A stretch of DNA of 60,858 bases, filler included, from Thelocarpon superellum (lineage: Eukaryota), in NCBI GenBank assembly GCA_026025795.1. It is 2 parts of 2 records of this genome, joined end to end, with 100 filler letters (N's around TTAATTAATTAA, not from the genome) between each part and the next. Parts side by side here need not be neighbours in the genome. Positions count along the whole stretch, not along the records: positions 1 to 30,441 come from JAPEUG010000203.1; 1 more part is not named here. The stretch is one strand, 5' to 3'. Of this stretch, positions 1-10,631 are shown piece by piece. The notes below the pieces were generated by a model. It was not told where the DNA came from, did no database searches, and saw only the letters and a program-made list of their open reading frames with translations. Every line of letters begins with the position of its first letter. Positions within the stretch are counted from its first letter, which is position 1. The position numbers and the translations under genes are program-made.

Positions 1-103
1 TTCCCCTGCTCCTGATACGGGGATCGACGCGATGCACCCTCCCCTTGCCCCTAATATAGAGATTATAATGAAAGACGTCTTTCACCACGCTCACGTCTTC
101 GTG

Positions 104-163
104 GCCTGCTCCAGGGCCTGCTCCAGGGCCTGCTCCGTGGCCTGCTCCGTGGCCTGCTCCGGG
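104..163. repeat. 12-bp tandem repeat x5 (GCCTGCTCCRKG)
   Basis: Units gcctgctccagg x2, gcctgctccgtg x2, gcctgctccggg; reads EQAT/EQAL repeats on the minus strand. Confidence 0.9.
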
Positions 164-898
164 CCCGGATCCTGCGCGCTGCGCGTGCAGCGATGCACCG
201 CCATGTCTCCCCGCCGACCATGACGCCTGCGCGCGCAGGCTGGTGTTGTTCTGCTTTAGGTCGCCGTCCGTGACGGGTTAGCTCACGACTCCCCGTGTTT
301 ATCTTCCCCAGCCGTCTTCTTTATGATCAACACTTCCCCTCGAGGTGTTGTGAACCATCCATCCTCCTCTTTCACACCCGCTGCTTCCATCTGCTCTTCT
401 GCTCCGTGCATCTCCATCACTCTTCTCCATCGTTCACTTGCTCCATCCCAGCCTTCCCTGTCAACACTCTGCTCTTCGCCAACAGATTCCTCACGGACGT
501 GCTCGTTCACTCGCCGCCACCCAAACTCTTTTCAGACAGAGATCGTGTTTCAGCGGACTACCTCCCTCCAGCCACTCGCGGTGCCTCGAGCCTTAGTTCC
601 CCCCGTTCACTCGCTCCGCCCCGCCCTTCCCTCCATCTGGGAGTGTTGATTCCCAAGCCCGCGCCGTACCTTCACTCGCAACACGTCGCCTGCCTCGCTC
701 GAGACGCGCGTCCAAGCAGCCGTGGCCCACTCGCCGTAGCTTATCCTCTTTCCCACTCGCCGGCTCCCACTCGCTTCTTGCTTCTCTTTCCACGCACACA
801 TCTTCCAAGATTTCCGCACTTCTTCGACTCTGATCAGCCCAGCTTGCAACAGATCTTCCATCATCGGCTCTCTGAACATCCATCATTCCTGCTCCCAC

Positions 899-1020
899 GA
901 GTTCTTCCACCGTCAGCTTCTCAATCTTCTCGAGACTCGCCCGGCAAAGCTGCTCCACCCGAGTTCCTCGACCGCCAGACCCCTCTCCTCTTCGAGTTTC
1001 GCCTGCAAAGCTTCTCCACG
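899..1020. repeat. Degenerate ~61-bp tandem duplication in a CT-rich block
   Basis: 899-960 (gagttcttccaccgtcag...ggcaaagctgctccaccc) aligns with 961-1020 (gagttcctcgaccgccag...tgcaaagcttctccacg) with substitutions and a small indel. Confidence 0.7.
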
Positions 1021-1304
1021 AGCCTCATCCACCCTGAACTGCCATCGATCCGGCTTCCAAGCCGCTTTCGTACCTCCTGGTCATCACAGACTTCATCCGC
1101 TTCAAGATTTCCTGCTCCTCTCCGTCAGCTTCAAGACTTCCTGCCCCTCTCAACGTCTTCAAACTCTCTGCCGTCCTTCACATCTGCAGACTTCGAGTCC
1201 TTGCAGATCCTTCGCTTGACAGCAGCTCTTCTCTCCACGTTCGACGGTTCCTTAACCCTCACGCTCTCCCGCTCCCTTTTCTTCCCGCTCTTCAAGAGAA
1301 AGAC

Positions 1305-2754
1305 ATGTCGTCCTCCCAGAACGCGTCGAGCGGTGGGTCCAACAAGTCTCAGGTGCACGAGGACCTCCCTGTGGAGGCCTCCATCGATCCGAGTCTCCTC
1401 CCCGCCCCCGCCGAGACGACCGCTTCCGCGGACCAAGCCACGCCCGATGATCACGAGCCGGACCACACAGGGTCAGCTGATGCCGGCGCCCGAGGCACCA
1501 AGCGGCTCCATGCCGAGGATTCCCCTAGCCCAGAGGCAAAGAAAGCCCGTCACGAAGAGGGCACGGAAGCCCAGGGTGACGACGAGATGGACGTGGATTT
1601 GGCCCACGATACCACGGAGGATCAGGCCTTTCTCGAACGTGAGGAGGCCGCCCTGGCTCCACGTAGCCCTCCGCCGAATCCCACGTGGACCATGCTGGAG
1701 CACCACGCCCGCAACGACGACGGGACCACGGACGAGGTCAAGTTGGACGAGTTCCTGACCTTCTTGAGCGAGAACCACCACATCTCCGAGGGAGACGTGA
1801 ACGAGGCTTCGGCCAACGAAGAGGCCTGGTCGGCGTCGCGTGAGGGTAAGGGGGACCCTGAGCCCAGTCTGAGTCAGGCGGCCGCTAACGTTGACGCAGG
1901 CTCAGATGGCGCACTGAGCGGGGAGTCAGGACCGGGTGGGTCCCAGGCCCAAGCTGGGGCCCACTCCGGTCCTGATCGGGACACAACCGACTACCCGCAG
2001 CTGTCGGAAGCTGCGGGGCCCCCGCTCCAGATGGCTGGAGCCCCAGGGGCTGACCAACGATGCTGCTGGTGCCGGCATCGCGCAGGATATCGTACGTTGG
2101 TAACGTGCGTTAGTGGATTCTGCTCGACTGTATACTTCCATCTGGACTGTATATCCCTCGACCAAGTCCCTCGTGGTAAGATCTCTCGTTTGGTATACGG
2201 GCGAGCTGGCTAAGTGTCTCTTAGTATGGATCTGCCCGGCGTGCTCTCCGGAGCCAGCTGATGACGCCCCGGGGACTCCGCCGGCGCGGGAAGACCGCGG
2301 GGAGTCCCCGGGCTTGTTCATGTCCCCGTTCGGCTCGCCCACCGGGCCCCCCGCCGCCACCGCCGCACCCTCCACCGCCACCGCCACCGCCACCGCCACC
2401 GCCACCGCCACCGCCACCGCCGCCGCGGCCGGCAGTCGGTGGACCGAAGCAGAGAACCAGGCCGTTATGACCCTGGTCCGGCGGTTGCGTACGGGCACCG
2501 CCCAGGCGAGCGGAGCCCCGGGCGACGACGGCCTTTATGGCAATCCCTTATGGGAAGAGGTCGCCCGTCAGCTGGCACTGCAGCTGATCGGCTATCGGCG
2601 ACCGGACGCAATACGCTCCCAGTATAATCGGACGCTGCGGGAACGGAGCGGGTTTGACGAGCGTGTCCGGCCACCACCTGCGCAGCGGGCCCCGTCCGCC
2701 ACGCAGGGACCGGCAGTTCAAGAGTCGCCCCCTCCTGACGTGGAGTCCGAGTGA
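1305..2754 (+). CDS. PHD-finger plus Myb/SANT-like domain protein (2 exons: 1305-2175, 2225-2754)
   Basis: Intron GTAAGA...GCTAAG...TTAG (2176-2224) joins two ORFs and completes a C4HC3 finger CCWC...VTCVSGFC...YFHLDC...VPRVWICPAC; C-terminal RWTEAENQAV...LWEEVARQL...AIRSQYNRTLRERSGFDER is Myb-like; acidic disordered N-terminus. Confidence 0.8.
2374..2421 (+). repeat. (GCCACC)n coding microsatellite (Thr-Ala tract)
   Basis: Run of accgcc units encoding TATATATATATATA in the linker between PHD and Myb-like parts. Confidence 0.9.
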
Positions 2755-3027
2755 TACTGGGGACGGGGAGGTATTGTCCCGGCGCCGATGGTCGCGGGTT
2801 TTGGTGAAGCTGTGGGTAGAAGAGTGAGGGGCAAGGCAGTGAGCTCCCGAAGCCCCGCGATACCAACAAGCCGGCGGATGAGTGTGGTGGTGACGTATGA
2901 TCGCGGCGTGCCCCCGTGGATCTCCTTGTTCTCCGTTCATCTTCTGACGTGAATTATCTACAGTGCTTTCAGTTGTTTGTGCGGAGCCCCCGCTGTCCGT
3001 GCCGAACGCCCGTGATTCCATGCCCTG

Positions 3028-4421
3028 TCAGATTGTCTCCTCCGGAACACTCACTGTCTGCACGGTGGCAGACGCCTCTTTGCCCGTCTCCGTCAGCTTC
3101 TCCGGCTCCGCATCGGTCTGCACCTTGGCCCGCACCCATGGCCAGCGCCCCGTCGTCTCGTTGTACCTCATGGCGACAAAGCCTACGATGATGACGAGCC
3201 AGTACAGGTTGTACGAGATGACCGAGCCGTACGTGGCGGAATTGGTCCAGCCCAGCATGGCGTTGAAGATCCCCCAGCCTCCACCACCGTTCAGCTCCGG
3301 GTTGCAGCACTGCGAATACAGCGTCAGCGAGGAACGGGCGACGATCGCGACCCAGGCGGACCCCATCTTACGTTGACGTGCCAGACGCTCTGGCGGATGT
3401 CATAGGAGCCCGGACCGTCGCCGGTCTCATCCGCGTCACCTCCGACGATATGGTTCCACTATGCCGACCGTGTCAGCCAGAGCCGTGCAGCAGAGGGAGC
3501 GGCGCCGTGCTCACCGCGTTGCCTTCAAAGTACCCGACCGCCTTCGAGAGCAGACCGGCAGCGATGAGATACAAGAAACAGGTCGAGATGATCAAGAAGA
3601 TCTGGATGGAGGCGCGTTGGCCACCCCTGGCGCTCGCAGGTTAGTCGCTTGCACCGGTACGTCGACCACGCACGCGTCTCATGAGCCGGCGACTCACTTG
3701 TAGATTAGGAAACCAATAAAGCACCCGGCGGCGAGTCCCGAGATGGCGGCCAAGGGGAACGCGGACGCCGGCTGTCCCAGACTGACGCCCCCGATAAAGA
3801 CGACCGCCTCGAGCCCCTCACGCAAGACGGTGATGAAGGGGAGCATGAACATGGCATACTTCTCCGCCCACCGCGCGAAGCGGCCCGTCCCCTTCCACGT
3901 GGATTCCTTGGACTCGAGCGCCCGGGCGAGCTTGACCCGCCACTTGTCTTGCAGCTTGGAGAGGCGGAGGAGCGCGCCGCCCATGAGACTGATGACGATC
4001 GTTGCGATCAAGCCGAAGATGCCCTCCCAGATCTCTTCGGTCCCGGCCCAATGATCGTTCCCGAGGCTGTAGAAGGCGCCGATCAACCCCCCACCGATGA
4101 TCACGCAGATCAAGAAGCCGATGCTCGTGCCCAACCACACCTACCCGCGTCTCCGTCAGCCTTCCGCCTTCTGCCTTCCGCCTGCGCAGCGCCGGCACGA
4201 GGAGCTCTCACCTGCTTGACCAGTCGCTTGTACGTGACGGCATCACGATCCGGCCCCAAGGTCTGCTTCAAGAAGGCCAGCAGCACCGAGACGATGATAC
4301 TGGTCTCGAGCGTCTCGCGGAATACGATGAAGAAGACTGCGCCGACGGGCGATCAGATTGGCCCTGGCCGCGTCTCCGAAAACAAACAGCACTCACGTGG
4401 GACGGCAAAGAGGTTGACCAT
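3028..4421 (-). CDS. FTR1: High-affinity iron permease Ftr1/FtrA (exons 4421-4397, 4336-4212, 4140-3698, 3626-3372, 3309-3028)
   Basis: Two RExxE motifs (FRETLE, LREGLE), multiple TM segments, SVWHVNCCNPE and [23 protein letters not shown] motifs; four GT-AG introns restore the frame. Confidence 0.97.
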
Positions 4422-4527
4422 GACGAATCTCGTGCGCGAGAGGTTGCTGGACGTCGGGCGAGAAGTCGTGAAGGCTCCACCCCTCAGCGAGGCACACACA
4501 GTGGATGGTGTTGGGCGGAGAAGGCGG

Positions 4528-5563
4528 ATCTGATAATGGGTGGACGGGGTGGAACAGCGGATCTGATAAGGTGTGGAAGGGCCGAAGTGCACGAAAAAAG
4601 GGCGAGCGGAGGGACGTGGGAGGGCACGCTACGCGTGATCGGATAACATAATTTCCCTACGCTACGGTCGCGCCTTCCGATCTGCGCCGCTCGTGCCGAT
4701 GCCGGATGCTGCCTTAGACCCTCGGCGCCGTGGGGCCTAGGACGACGCTTAGCCCGATGGACTCACTCTTACTTCACACGGCACCGCGACCGCGAAAAGC
4801 TCCTGCACGGATACCTAAGAGCAACGCATCATCCGACGCCCAGAGCCCGCCCAGAGCCCGCCTGCTTTCGGCGGTCGACGTGGTCAAATTAGTATCGATG
4901 CAAGTGCAGTGCCGAGCTAGCAAAATGGACGGACCGAGTGTGAGCGGGGCGGCGCCGCTCGTGTCAAGTGGGGGCGGCGGGCGGCGGGCGGCGGGCGGCG
5001 TGCGACCAGATGATCTGATATGATAACGTAATTAAGGTTATCGCTCGGTGGGCGAACGCTCCCAAAGGTCGACCAACGGATGGCCCTCATTGGCCCCGAT
5101 GGCGAGGCAGAATTTTTATCAGATGCAACGCCGGCCGATCTGACAAGCGGAAGCGACAGGCTCCGGGGCGCTTAACTGGAGAGGCACGGGCGGCGCCGTG
5201 GACGTTCCATCGTCCATGACACGCTCGTCGCCTTGGAGAAATGCCCATGCCAATGCCGCCTAGCCGTGTGCCGGCAGCCCGCTAATTCCGCACGGGCAGC
5301 CTCTTCTCCCCACCGGCACCTACTATGTGGTTGGCCCCGCCGGCCTCGCTCGGCCGGGCTGTGACTGCGAGAGTTATCTGATCCGCCCCGTGCCTGTCAA
5401 CATGACGCTGAACCCGACCCTCCCATGCAGCTGCGCGCCAGCGACCCAGGAACCACGGCCTTCCCACGCGGTCCTCCGAGCGTAACCGGTGGGTAGGCGC
5501 CTCGGACGGCCCCAGCGTGCCCCGGATCCCATCCACCACCAGAAGGTCGGATTCTTATCAGAT
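4528..5563. promoter_or_regulatory. Bidirectional FTR1/FET3 promoter with clustered SreA/Sre1-type GATA sites (ATCWGATAA)
   Basis: Exact matches at 4528-4536, 4561-4569 (+) and 5116-5124, 5374-5382, 5555-5563 (-); one-mismatch copies at 4638-4646, 5013-5021, 5138-5146. Confidence 0.88.
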
Positions 5564-5787
5564 CGAGCCCACCCCTCCCACCGCCACGGATCCACCCACG
5601 GCTCCTACCCGACGCCTTGCTCCAGACGCCATCGCCTAGGAAACATCAGCGGTCGCGGTCGCAGTATCGCCAGCCCCTTACCTCCCCGTGTGGCCCGGCG
5701 CGTCCGGAGTGGATGGTAAGCAGTCCACTTCCCCTCTCCATCCAGTCCAGTGCGTCCGAACCACGCTCGTGGTTCCTGTTCCCATCC

Positions 5788-7931
5788 ATGGCTGCTCGCG
5801 CCTCCTTTCTCTCGCTTGTCGCGCTGCTCTTGGTCTGCTACGGAGGTGTGAGCTGGGCGGCGATGGTGACCTATGACTTTAACATCACCTGGGTCACGGC
5901 AAGTCCAGATGGCTTCGAGCGGCCAACGATTGGCATCAATGGGCAATGGCCGCTTCCTCCGATCACCGCAGATAAGGGGGATCGGATCATCGTCAACCTG
6001 GTGAACCAGCTGGGCAATCAGTCAACCAGTCTTCATTTTCATGGCATCTTCCAGACCGGCAGCACGGACATGGACGGTCCGGCCTTTGTGTCGCAGTGCC
6101 CGGTGCCCCCCGGGGCCTCGTTCCAATACAACTTCACCGTACGTGCCCTCGACGTCGGATGGTGCTCCGACATCGTTGACTAATAGTCCGCAGGTCAACC
6201 AACCCGGAACCTACTGGTACCACTCGCACACGCGTTCCCAGTATCCCGATGGGCTGCGCGGTCCTCTGATCATCCATGACCCGGACTCGCCTCTGCTGGG
6301 CCAGTACGACGAGGAGCTCGTACTCACCGTATCCGACTGGTACCACGACCAGATGACGCCGCTCATGGAGCATTTCATCAGTGTCGCCAACCCGACCGGG
6401 GCTGAGCCGATCCCCGACGCGGCGCTGTGGAACGACACACAGAACCTCGACGTCCCCGTGCAGCCGGGCAAGACGTACCTGATTCGCATGGTCAACGTCG
6501 GCGCCTTCGCGGGTCAGTATGTGTGGTTTGAAGGGCACACGATGCGCATCGTCGAGGTAGATGGAGTCTACACCGAGCCCGCCGAGGCGGCCATGATCTA
6601 TATCACCGCGGCGCAACGATACAGCGTCTTGCTTACGACGAAGAATGACACCAGCGCCAATTATGCCTTTGTCGCGAGCATGGACGAGGCCATGTTCGAC
6701 ACCGTGCCAGACGGCCTCAATCCGAACGTGACGGGCTGGCTCGTGTACAACACGGGCCACCCCCTCCCTGACCCGGTCGGAGTGGATGACTTTGAGCCTT
6801 TCGATGACTTCACCCTGATACCCGCCGATCACCAGGCCTTGTTGGACAAAGTCGATTACTCGTTGAAGCTAGCATTTGAGATGAATGACCTCGGCGACGG
6901 AGCCAACTAGTGAGTTCACCGTCCGCGGCGTCGCGTCCGCGTCCGCAGCCACTGATCAGACCATCAGCGCCTTCTTCAACGGCGTCACCTACGTCTCGCC
7001 CCAGGTGCCAACCCTGTTCACCGCGCTCTCGACCGGTGCCAACGCGACCAACCCGGTCATCTACGGCGCCAACACCAATGCCTTTGTGCTCAACAAGGAC
7101 GACGTGGTGGAGATCGTGGTCAACAGCAACGATCCAGGCAAGCATCCGTTTCATCTTCACGGGCATAACTTCCAGGCCGTGGTCCGGGCAGACGACAACG
7201 AGGGAGCCTACAACGGCACCGGCTCCGTGCCCTTGCCCGCGATCCCGATGCGGCGGGACACTTTCATGGTCAAGCCGAACGCGAACGTCGTGCTGCGCTT
7301 CCAGGCCGACAACCCAGATACGTTCTCCCCTTCCGACACTTTCTCGAATGAAGCTGACGTGTCTCCACGCATCTGGCTGTTCCATTGCCACATCGAATGG
7401 CACATAGCTTCAGGCCTCGTGGCGACGATGATCGAAGCTCCCACAGAGCTGCAGAAGACGCTGCAGTTGACCCCGGACCATCTGAGCACCTGCAGAGACC
7501 AAGGCATCCCTACGGCCGGCAACGCCGCCGGGAACACGGCTGATCTTCTGGACCTGAGCGGCAACAACTACCCACCGGCCCCACTTCCAGACGGGTACGT
7601 GCTGCTGTGCTCCTCGACTCTCCCCTGAGCCACCAGGGCATCATGACCATACTCATCGCGATGCAGTTTCACGGCCCGCGGCATCGTCGCTCTGGTCTTC
7701 AGCGTCCTGAGCGCATTCATCGGCATGGCCGTCATCACATGGTGAGTGGAGCCACGTCCACCATCTCAATTACCCTCCGCTGCCCTAGTGGTGGCCCAAT
7801 CTCTCGAGGAAGTGACTGAGCACTTCTTCCGTTCGCGTAGGTACGGGTCCAGCGAGTTCCGCATGCTGCCTCCGCCCGAGCTTGCGCTTCACTCGGGCCT
7901 TCGAGACGACACGGAGAATTCGTCGCAGTAG
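5788..7931 (+). CDS. FET3: Multicopper ferroxidase Fet3/FetC (exons 5788-6138, 6194-6909, 6968-7317, 7369-7594, 7667-7741, 7841-7931)
   Basis: Signal peptide; copper motifs [24 protein letters not shown]; Fet3-type acidic residues in GAEPIP, DEAMFD, MRRDT; C-terminal TM helix [28 protein letters not shown]; divergent from FTR1. An in-frame ATG at 5713 is an alternative start. Confidence 0.97.
7318..7368 (+). other. Putative AT-AC spliceosomal intron (51 nt) in FET3
   Basis: CCAG|ATACGT...GCTGAC(7353-7358)...TCCAC|GCATCTGG; removal restores the conserved [16 protein letters not shown]. Confidence 0.85.
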
Positions 7932-8351
7932 ATCAAAAGTCGGCGACTGGAGTGAGCTTGACTTGTACCTACCCGCTCCAGAGACGTGATTATCGGACGG
8001 GCGGGCCAAGGGTAGTTAAACCAAACAAATCGAATGAGCGGACGGACGGACGGAGAAGCGAGGTGGAGGAGATTCGTCACTGCCGTGTCTTCTTGTCTCA
8101 TGTCAAATATCACTCTCTTCCTTTCGCTCTTCCTCTCTCTAGTCATGATTGAAATACCCATTCATCCTTGCTTGTCAGTATGCAAGCCGTGAAGTCATGT
8201 CTATACGAAACGAAACAGTCACCCCATCCCGATCTCATTAATACTATGTACGTAGAGAATTGTAATCCGATTTCTTCTTCCCTTTCCCCCGTTCGTGTTC
8301 GTTCCCGCACAAAGTCGTCGGCCAACTGGTTGAGAAGAAAAGATCCGACCC

Positions 8352-8972
8352 TCAAAGCCCCTGGTCATTGTTGGTGCTGGGCTCCTGCAGGAGACGGATC
8401 GTGCCGGCGATGAAGTCGGATGATTTGGGATTGGGGACGACGATGTCGGCGATGAACCTGCCCAGCTCCGTGCCGTCGCGGAGGAGCCCCTGCAGGACGT
8501 CGAAGATGTCCGACACGTCGCCCCACGTCAACAGCTTATCCGTCAGCAGGTTCTCCTTGCCCTTTGGAATCTTCTTGGTGAGCAGCATGAACGACCACCC
8601 TTCCCACGGCATGAAGATGTGGCGGCGTCGGCCTCGGATGACGAGGTCCTTCCGTCGGCTGTACACCGCCACCAGCGCGTTCTTCAGCGCTTCCTGCAGC
8701 GTGGCGGCCGCGAGGGGCGCCAGGTTCGTCGTGAGCTTCAGCAGAAGGTTATGCCCGCTTCTGGTCTGGATGGTAATGGGGGTCTCGCGTCGCGCGAGCC
8801 GGCGGCGCGCCTGCGAGAATGTGTCGGTCGGAGGGTATGGATACCGTGCAGGCGAGGATGGCCTTCCCGTGAAGGAATCTAGCTCACTGCCGACGATGAG
8901 CTCCATCGGTCGAGCCACCACCAAGCACGAGAGCAGGGTGGTGGCACCGACGAGAAAGCCAGCGACACGCAT
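8352..8972 (-). CDS. Putative secreted protein of unknown function (~206 aa)
   Basis: ATG at 8972 gives signal-like MRVAGFLVGATTLLSCLVVA, a Pro-rich pro-region ending in RRRLARR, then a globular-looking domain with LTWGDV; TATA-like element near 9115-9121. Confidence 0.7.
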   Translation of the reverse strand: MRVAGFLVGATTLLSCLVVARPMELIVGSELDSFTGRPSSPARYPYPPTDTFSQARRRLARRETPITIQTRSGHNLLLKLTTNLAPLAAATLQEALKNALVAVYSRRKDLVIRGRRRHIFMPWEGWSFMLLTKKIPKGKENLLTDKLLTWGDVSDIFDVLQGLLRDGTELGRFIADIVVPNPKSSDFIAGTIRLLQEPSTNNDQGL

Positions 8973-10631
8973 GGTCGAGACACGTGGGATGGAGGAGCGG
9001 TCCTTTGGGCCTGTTCGAGCCGCTGGACCCGGGGGAAGGAATGGGCGGCGAAGAATCCCTTGGCCAGATTTGCAGCAGAGAAGGTCTCGGGTCGATCGCA
9101 CGGGGCGGGGAGGGTATATATCACGGCTGTCATCAACAGTGGCGCGAGGCCACATGGACGTCACTTCTTATCAGGAGAGCATTCGTTCATTGTGGCCAGA
9201 GCGGTGCAGAGCATAAGGCTCGTGCACGTCGTCCGAGGATGCAGCGGCATGTGCCTTCACCTTCATGGCTATCGGAGCTCTGCCACCACCGCTGCCGCCA
9301 CCAACCAATAGCTGGTCAAGGCAAGGGCAAGGGACTAGTCATCACTGATAGCTGTTGGATCAATACCGGAAGGATCAGCACGCGCATAGGAGGGGAGCGG
9401 GCGGTGGAAAGTTGATCTGAATGTCCATCAGATGTTGGTGAGAAGCAGGAGTCAGACAGTCGCCAAGACGCCCTCCCGCATATGATCGTTGCCAGAATGA
9501 GCAGGAGCGTAGGCCCGTGTGAGCGTGGGATGCCGTCGCAAACGGTGCCTGAGTAACCTAGTTTGACCTGCAGACTTTCTTCATTGGAAAGTTGCAGGTC
9601 TTGCGACAAACCCTATCCTGGGCCAGACGGTAGCTATGCTCACCGCCCCTCAGGGATAGGTAGTGAAGTGGCGCTTGATTTCACGCGAGAGAGATATTGT
9701 GGCGGTTGTAGGATCGCCTCATTCCGAGTCACTACGCCCACGTCGTTCGTTGACGATGCTAGCTTTGTCCCCCACGTCTATGTCTCCCTTGTTCTCCCGG
9801 GCAAAGTGTTTGTAAGAGTGGACGGTGGTCCATGGAGGCGCCGGGCAACAGGCTCAAAGTCATGGGCGCGGGTGGTCTGATAGGATCACACCACTTAAGT
9901 CTGTAACAGTACGTGAACATGGATGGCGTGCAAAGTTCTTTGTAGAGAACTACCAGTAAGTGCTTCGTACGAGGAGTGGTTCGATGGAAGATAGTGGTAG
10001 TACTCGTACGGTCACATTCAGCGGGCTTGCATTCGTCCCTTATGCTTCTAGAAGACCCAGCGTGCGCGGCCGGTCCCGCTGCTATTTGAGAGATCATGGG
10101 GTCATCGATGCGAATCAAGTACGAATACCTTGTTACAAACTTGCTGTTCCCCATTTAACGTATGTTGGTAGGCGTTGCACCTCGCACCAATCAGAGGGCG
10201 TATGTACGCGTACTTTGGACGAGGACACCCTAGAATCCGTGGCGAAGCCGGTGTGGCGGCGAAATGAGCCTCGCGCGGCCGACGTCTCCCCACCGCCAAC
10301 AATCCCTCCCTTCTTGCCTGTTCCAGCACACGGCGGCCTGCTTAGCAGCAACGATATGTTGGCAACGAGTCATCTCAACGAGCTGTCTTACACTTCACAT
10401 GCCCTCCATTATAGCTGCGCATCAATATCAGTCATCGCCTGATGCGTGTAAACGTGTGAATTGGTGTTTCGCCTGAAGTATATCTAATCAGCGATTCTTC
10501 TCGTCCAACACCCCCCCGAAGCTGCTCTCATCGGCACGTTGAAAGGCTAAGAGCATCAGGCCCAGCGGGCACGCAGCAAGGAAGATCGTGGACGTCGTGA
10601 TGCGGCGACACATGTATGGCACTGGCTCCCC

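Noticed and set aside
295..1758. 487-aa plus-strand ORF
   Set aside because: GTG start, Ser/Leu/Pro/Phe composition explained by CT-rich DNA poor in stop codons, and it overlaps the PHD/Myb gene in another frame.
7318..7368. U12-type (minor spliceosome) interpretation of the AT-AC intron
   Set aside because: Lacks the ATATCCTT donor and TCCTTAAC branch consensus; signals match the ordinary introns of this window.
8368..9216. 282-aa plus-strand ORF
   Set aside because: Antisense shadow of the minus-strand secreted protein; same for other long antisense ORFs (16634-17878, 10849-11550, 54327-55292, 55081-56016).
9200..10600. ORFs of 70-160 aa between the secreted protein and URA3
   Set aside because: No motifs, mostly non-ATG starts, no coding-like codon bias.
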